A stretch of DNA of 12,312 bases from Candidatus Hermodarchaeota archaeon (GTDB lineage: Archaea; Asgardarchaeota; Lokiarchaeia; Sigyniarchaeales; SOKP01). The position numbers were made by a program, and so were the translations under genes. The notes beneath the pieces are model-generated. The model made no database searches and was not told where the DNA came from. It saw only the letters and a list, made by a program, of their open reading frames with translations. Where the stretch lies: NCBI GenBank assembly GCA_048885925.1, contig JBHLLG010000083.1:1-12312 (forward strand), written 5' to 3'. Positions 7,590 through 12,312 of the stretch are shown in pieces. Positions within the stretch are counted from its first letter, which is position 1; each line of letters starts with the position of its first letter.

Positions 7590-8174
7590 ATGGACAGTAA
7601 AAAAAGAATCCAGAAAGCTTTATGCTTCGAAGAACCTGATCAAGTTCCCACTTTTGAATTATTTATTGATTGGGGAGAAACGGAAGCAATTCTCATAATG
7701 GATGATTATGGTTATAAAAGTGGGCTTCTCATGAGTCCAAAGAATTATAGAACTTATGTAATGCCCTGATTGAAAGAAAGCTGTAAAATTGCCCATAAAG
7801 GTGGTTTAAAGGTAATATTACACAGTTGTGGAGATATAAGTGAATTATTTGGTGATATTGTAAAAGTTGGAGTTGATGCAATTCATCCTATAGAACCTAC
7901 AACCGCAAATCCTAAATATAATATCTTTGAATTATATGAAAAATTCAGCAATAAGATTACCTTTATTGGAAATGTATCTCCTCAAGATCTTGCAGATAAG
8001 GAACCAGAATTTATTGAAGAAAAAACAAAAGAACTTCTGAAAAAGCTTGCTCCAGGAGGAGGATTTATCCTTAGTTCTGGACATAGTATTAATCCTTCTG
8101 TTAAATTATAAAATTATCTAGCAATGCAAAATACATTAAAAAAGCACGGAATATACCCTATATCTATTAAATAG
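7590..8174 (+). pseudogene. Uroporphyrinogen decarboxylase / MtaA-like methyltransferase (URO-D fold) pseudogene
   Basis: One frame from ATG 7590: MDSKKRIQKALCFEEPDQVPTFELFID|WGETEAILIMDDYGYKSGLLMSPKNYRTYVMP*(TGA 7767-7769)LKESCKIAHKGG...LHSCGD...DAIHPIEP...FIGNV...GGGFILSSGHSINPSVKL*(TAA 8109-8111)NYLAMQNTLKKHGIYPISIK*(8172-8174). Family motifs continue across both stops. At about 194 codons it is far shorter than typical ~350-aa members. Confidence 0.88.
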
Positions 8175-8277
8175 ATACTTATTCCGCTTACTTAAATGTA
8201 TAAGCATTACAAGTTTTCTAATTAAATTTTTTAAAAGAAACTAAAGACCTAATTATAATACGAAATTTTATGAATTT

Positions 8278-8628
8278 TTAAGGAGGAATCATTGAGAAAA
8301 AGGGGATTTGACTAAAAATCAAATACCAAATTAACATAAATAGCACTATTATTGCTGTGGAGACCAATCCGAAGCCCTTTACACCTTTGGGAATACCTAA
8401 TCCTTCTTCATTATTTCTTTGGATGAAGGCTCTAACCATAGCAACAATATAAATTGCAACAATAATTAATGCAACAATCCATAGAAATAACATAAATAAA
8501 GATAAAGTATAAACCGGAAAACTATTTAACCACACCCAATACCTAACTATTAAGTAAGTAGGAACGGCAGCATATATCCCCGCTGTAAAAAAGAAAACTA
8601 TTCCCCAGAGTACACCTTTTAGTGCCAT
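8278..8628 (-). CDS. Small integral membrane protein (3 predicted TM helices), unknown function
   Basis: 116 aa with an ATG start. Hydrophobic segments at about aa 5-28, 39-66 and 86-105, with a polar loop (QRNNEEGLGIPKGVKGFG). Confidence 0.75.
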   Translation of the reverse strand: MALKGVLWGIVFFFTAGIYAAVPTYLIVRYWVWLNSFPVYTLSLFMLFLWIVALIIVAIYIVAMVRAFIQRNNEEGLGIPKGVKGFGLVSTAIIVLFMLIWYLIFSQIPFFSMIPP

Positions 8629-8783
8629 GGCTAAAGTTTTATTTTTTTAGTTTAAGATTTAATAAAGATTGAATGATTTAATATTTTTATTTATTATATT
8701 TATAATAGTATAAAAGATTTGCTGGATGGTTAATTTAATTATATGATAAGTCTTTTTTGAAGCCTTTTTATTTTAAAGCGAGA

Positions 8784-9821
8784 TTATATTATCTGTTTTA
8801 CTAACCATCGTAATGCTTTCATGATTTTTTCATCTTCTTTTAAAATGTTTATCGAAAAATATTTTATTTTAATACCTAGCTCTTTTAAAGCATTTATTTC
8901 AAAGGTTTTATAAATAAAGTCCGTATCAATTTCTTCTTTATCATGAAATTTGTTTCCTATTATTAATATTGGAGCTAAATCAGTTTCCATTTCAAGGCGT
9001 GTATTATCAACTATTTTAAAAATTTCTTTTGTTTGGACGGCAGAATTCTTATCTGATGCATTAAAGAGAAGGATAAATCCCTGCGAATAATTTATACATT
9101 TTCTTAAATTCTCAAATTCCTTACATTCAAAAGCATTAAAATTCTCATCATATTTCAAAATCTCAAGATTTTCAATTACTACTTCATAGATTCTAGTAGG
9201 TAAATCATTTCTCTTAATGTTAAGAAATTGTATTAACTCTACATTCTTTAAAAATGTTATTTTACCAACTCTAGGGGCACCTATAATAAAGATTTTCTTT
9301 ATTAAACGTTTATCTCTGATCGGTGTTTCTAATTTATACTTGGGGGATAATTTTGTAAAGTAATTATTAAAAATCTCCAAAAATTTAGTCTTAAATTCTT
9401 CATCAGCCAAGTCTAGCACATACTCACTTGATGTAGCTGTTTTTTTAAGATGTAACAACGATGAGATTTCAGTTAGTTTTTTAATTTCCGAAGCGAATTC
9501 TTCTAATACTGGTGATTTTGAATCCAAATATTTAAAAACATCGACAATTTCATCCTTAAAGATCGCTGTTTTGATCATATAAGTAATCATCATTAATTCT
9601 TTGCCACCACGTGCTAAATTCGAATCCATATAAAAAATGTGATTAACAGTTTGAAATTTTCTATAGGCAAAAATGAAAGTACCTTCTTCATCATTAAATT
9701 CTAAAATACGATTTACATCGGGTGTATCTGATAACTGAGATAATGGTTCACTCGCATATAGAGTGCTTGGGCCAATAACTTGATCAAAATAGGTAATGGT
9801 GAGGATTTGGTCTTGAGACAT
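8784..9821 (-). CDS. Longin/uDENN (folliculin/SMCR8-like) domain fused to a degenerate Ras-like small GTPase domain
   Basis: Starts at ATG 9821 (or TTG 9824). N-domain: ILTITYFDQVIGPSTLY and HIFYMDSNLARGGKELMMI. C-domain: KIFIIGAPRVGKITFL (G1-like), LPTRI (G2-like), SQGFILLFNASD, PILIIGNKFHD (G4-like) and terminal helix IMKALRWLVKQI. Confidence 0.85.
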   Translation of the reverse strand: MSQDQILTITYFDQVIGPSTLYASEPLSQLSDTPDVNRILEFNDEEGTFIFAYRKFQTVNHIFYMDSNLARGGKELMMITYMIKTAIFKDEIVDVFKYLDSKSPVLEEFASEIKKLTEISSLLHLKKTATSSEYVLDLADEEFKTKFLEIFNNYFTKLSPKYKLETPIRDKRLIKKIFIIGAPRVGKITFLKNVELIQFLNIKRNDLPTRIYEVVIENLEILKYDENFNAFECKEFENLRKCINYSQGFILLFNASDKNSAVQTKEIFKIVDNTRLEMETDLAPILIIGNKFHDKEEIDTDFIYKTFEINALKELGIKIKYFSINILKEDEKIMKALRWLVKQII

Positions 9822-9901
9822 CAATAAAAAATAAGTAGAACTACAATTTAAAATTTTTAATTATTAGTCAATAGTTCAATTTTTTTTATTAATAGTGTAT
9901 G

Positions 9902-9908
9902 AAAAAAA
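9902..9908 (-). terminator. Oligo-T terminator candidate for the hydrolase gene
   Basis: A7 on + (T7 on -) begins 17 nt downstream of the stop codon at 9925. Confidence 0.35.
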
Positions 9909-9924
9909 GGGAATTAATTATATA

Positions 9925-11622
9925 TTAAAAAATAAAACCCATAATAAAACCTAATCCACTTTGATATGGTGAAATAGTACAAATTATTAATGTAATATAC
10001 AAGGTATTAACAATCGCTCCAGCGATTATATTCCCACTTTTTTGATATATTAATGCAGAAAGAAATCCATTGATCAAAAGCATTGGTAATGTTAAGGGCA
10101 TGAAATTTCCAAAATAAAAGAAACTCCCTGTTATTAAACCTAAAATAAAAAGAATTGTAAACCAGTATAGAAAGAGGATCCCAAAAATTGTAAATGACAC
10201 TTTTATAAGTGGTTTAAATCCTCTTTCAAATTTATTCTGTAGGATTCCATGAAAGAATATTCCATAAATCATAAAAATTATGAAATTTATAACTAAGAAT
10301 AAGAGCATCCAAGGAATTTTTAATAAAGAAGGAATCATCCCTAAATAGTTTAATCCCCCTGAAAGATAAATTATTAAAGTTAATAGAGATGCTAAAATTA
10401 TTCCTAGTATGAATTGTCTCAGAATATTATTTCGTGATGTCTGAAATGGTTTTCTAATTGCTTCACTTAGTCTCATATTTGACTTTTTTCCAGTTCTCCA
10501 AAGTAGTATTAAAATAGCAAAAGCTTGACCGAATAATAATGCTGATAGAAATCCGGCAATAGCTAAGAGCAAAATCAGTAAAATTGGTATGAAAATCAAT
10601 ATTCCTGGTATCCCAAGTATTAAAGAAAAAGCTATTGATTTCCCTTCTAAGCTAATAACAGTTTGATCTTCTAATTCTATTCTGAATATCTCCTCCTCTT
10701 TAGGTTTTAGGATTAATTTAGATAGTGGATCTACGATAACAACGAAAAATCCAAAACCTCCAAAGAGTTGCAGAGAAAGGATGAATAATCTAGTGTTTGT
10801 TACAAAATTTTCATCTACTGGTCTTACATCCGGAAATGTACTCATTAGAAAATCTCGAGATACTCTTATAAAATCAGGATCCCAATTTCCTAATACATGA
10901 TTAGTAAGATCATCTAAATAGATCTTAGAGGCATTTCCATCTTCAAAACTACCATATAATTTATTGACATCTAAACTTGATGCAGGTATGCCAGTGTAAT
11001 CGGATAATCCTTCCTTTAAATCTTCTGGTGTAAGTAATTCATCATATCGTCCTACTATCATTAAAATATTCAAAGGAGATGTAGAATTGCCCTTTCGAAG
11101 ATTTGTCGATAACCAAGTTCCAGCACCTATAAAACATTTGAAATTAGTAGATTCATTGACTAGTTGTAAACCCACACCACCCATAGAAAAGCCAAAATAT
11201 GCAAGATTAGAAGTATCAACGTCTGGTCTTGATTCTAAATAAGAGACAATTGCTTCGATATCATTTAATAACGATCCCCATCTATGCTCCCCAGTGCTCT
11301 GTCCATGGCCCCTAAAATCGAATGGAATTGCCACAAATCCCGCTGCTGCAAATTCTACTGCATAATCCTTTAACATTTCCTTATTGGACATTACACCATG
11401 TCCTAAAATAATAGCCTTTTTATTTAAACCTCCATTTTCTGGTTCAAATACATTAAACGAAATAGTAACTCCATCTGTTGTTTCTACAGTTTTTCCATAG
11501 GTGGATTTTATCCCCAGGGGTGTTATAAACATTAGAACTGTCCCTATTATGAAAAATGTTAGAAAAACACACAATAGAACTATTCTTTTTCTATTTATAT
11601 TGATTCTATTTATTTGTTTCAT
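9925..11622 (-). CDS. Membrane-anchored alpha/beta-fold hydrolase with C-terminal multi-pass membrane domain
   Basis: N-terminal signal/anchor helix (aa 14-34), GHGV oxyanion loop, FDFRGHGQS and nucleophile elbow GFSMG (S146). D194 (GRYDE) and H242 (TNHVLG) are the probable triad partners. About 8 hydrophobic helices follow from aa ~278 to the end. Confidence 0.88.
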   Translation of the reverse strand: MKQINRININRKRIVLLCVFLTFFIIGTVLMFITPLGIKSTYGKTVETTDGVTISFNVFEPENGGLNKKAIILGHGVMSNKEMLKDYAVEFAAAGFVAIPFDFRGHGQSTGEHRWGSLLNDIEAIVSYLESRPDVDTSNLAYFGFSMGGVGLQLVNESTNFKCFIGAGTWLSTNLRKGNSTSPLNILMIVGRYDELLTPEDLKEGLSDYTGIPASSLDVNKLYGSFEDGNASKIYLDDLTNHVLGNWDPDFIRVSRDFLMSTFPDVRPVDENFVTNTRLFILSLQLFGGFGFFVVIVDPLSKLILKPKEEEIFRIELEDQTVISLEGKSIAFSLILGIPGILIFIPILLILLLAIAGFLSALLFGQAFAILILLWRTGKKSNMRLSEAIRKPFQTSRNNILRQFILGIILASLLTLIIYLSGGLNYLGMIPSLLKIPWMLLFLVINFIIFMIYGIFFHGILQNKFERGFKPLIKVSFTIFGILFLYWFTILFILGLITGSFFYFGNFMPLTLPMLLINGFLSALIYQKSGNIIAGAIVNTLYITLIICTISPYQSGLGFIMGFIF

Positions 11623-11758
11623 ATATGTACCATAATTTCAAAAGTTAATTAGTAAGATAATTTGCTTTAATACTTTATTAATGTTAATTTTTTAGAATTA
11701 AGAAAATTTAGCAAAAATTTAAAGCGAGAAATTTTCATACTTTTTTAAAGAAAATTAT

Positions 11759-11764
11759 AGGTGA
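11759..11764 (+). promoter_or_regulatory. Shine-Dalgarno site AGGTGA
   Basis: Exact archaeal SD core, 6 nt before ATG 11771. Confidence 0.7.
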
Positions 11765-11770
11765 GATTAT

Positions 11771-12312
11771 ATGGGAGATTTTAAACAGATGGAACAAGCA
11801 TATAAAGCTTCATCTAAAATAATGGAAAAGAGAATGGCGAAGGAGCGTCCTATGGATCTTGAAATTCTAAGGAAAGTAAAAGAATCCTCAATCATCATAG
11901 TTTCTGGTGCTTATGATAAAATTGAATTAGTCTTGGATATGATAAAAGTTCCTTATATTTTAATTCAACCTTATGAGGTTAGTCAAGTTGAATTAAATCC
12001 TAATCAAATCCTTATTATTAATTGTCCTGGAAATGTTGATGATGATGCATTACTTAAAATAAAAGAATTTGTTAAAAAAGGTGGATTTCTTTTTACAACT
12101 GATTGGGCATTGCTAAATGTTCTTGAAAAACTCTTTCCACGCTATTTAAAATACAATAATAGGCCAACAGCCGATGATTGTATAAGAGTTAAAGTTTTAG
12201 ACAAAAGCAATAAGTTTCTAGAAGGTTTATTCAATGAAGCGGCAGATCCAATTTGGTGGTTAGAAAGTTCTTCATATCCAATTCAAATTTTAGATAAGAG
12301 TCAAGTTAAACT
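11771..12312 (+). CDS. Uncharacterised protein with class I glutamine amidotransferase-like fold (3' end runs off the window)
   Basis: Open for 180 codons to the window edge: MGDFKQMEQAYKASSKIMEKRMAKERPMDLEILRKVKESSIIIVSGAYDKIELVLDMIKVPY...ILIINCPG...KIKEFVKKGGFLFTTDWALLNVLEKLFP...PIWWLESSSYPIQIL. The 'I.EFV..GG.L' pattern is typical of GATase1/ThuA-like domains. It has a strong SD site and is not in the ORF track. Confidence 0.8.
   Translation, partial: MGDFKQMEQAYKASSKIMEKRMAKERPMDLEILRKVKESSIIIVSGAYDKIELVLDMIKVPYILIQPYEVSQVELNPNQILIINCPGNVDDDALLKIKEFVKKGGFLFTTDWALLNVLEKLFPRYLKYNNRPTADDCIRVKVLDKSNKFLEGLFNEAADPIWWLESSSYPIQILDKSQVK

Noticed and set aside
7767-7769. In-frame TGA as selenocysteine or recoded Trp
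   Set aside because: The position corresponds to a non-catalytic aromatic site rather than Cys. The same frame also has a TAA stop and an apparent large deletion, and no other gene here contains an in-frame TGA. Pseudogenisation is the simpler explanation.
7770-8111. 113-aa ORF as a standalone gene
   Set aside because: It is the segment between two nonsense codons of the 7590-8174 pseudogene.

Overview
AT-rich archaeal-type window. Gene content points to an Asgard archaeon, most likely Lokiarchaeia (inference from a longin-GTPase fusion, a geranylgeranyl reductase, TrmB-like and glycosylated surface proteins, and AGGTGA-type ribosome-binding sites). Left to right: a secreted/surface glycoprotein cut by the window edge (-, missed by the ORF track); a divergent two-gene unit encoding a longin-like + tandem winged-helix protein and a 726-aa Zn-domain/TrmB-wHTH/long coiled-coil/inactive PLD-fold protein; an MBL-fold hydrolase; a geranylgeranyl reductase; a URO-D/MtaA-family pseudogene with two nonsense codons and an apparent large in-frame deletion; a 3-TM protein; a folliculin/SMCR8-like longin domain with an intact ARG (arginine-finger-like) motif fused to a degenerate Ras-like GTPase; a membrane-anchored alpha/beta hydrolase; and the start of a class-I-GATase-like gene (also missed by the ORF track). 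The most interesting signals are the two longin-containing proteins, whose motifs or architectures recall the eukaryotic longin GAPs FLCN/SMCR8 and NPRL2/3. I saw no RNA genes, CRISPR arrays or mobile elements. All domain calls are by eye; no searches were run.
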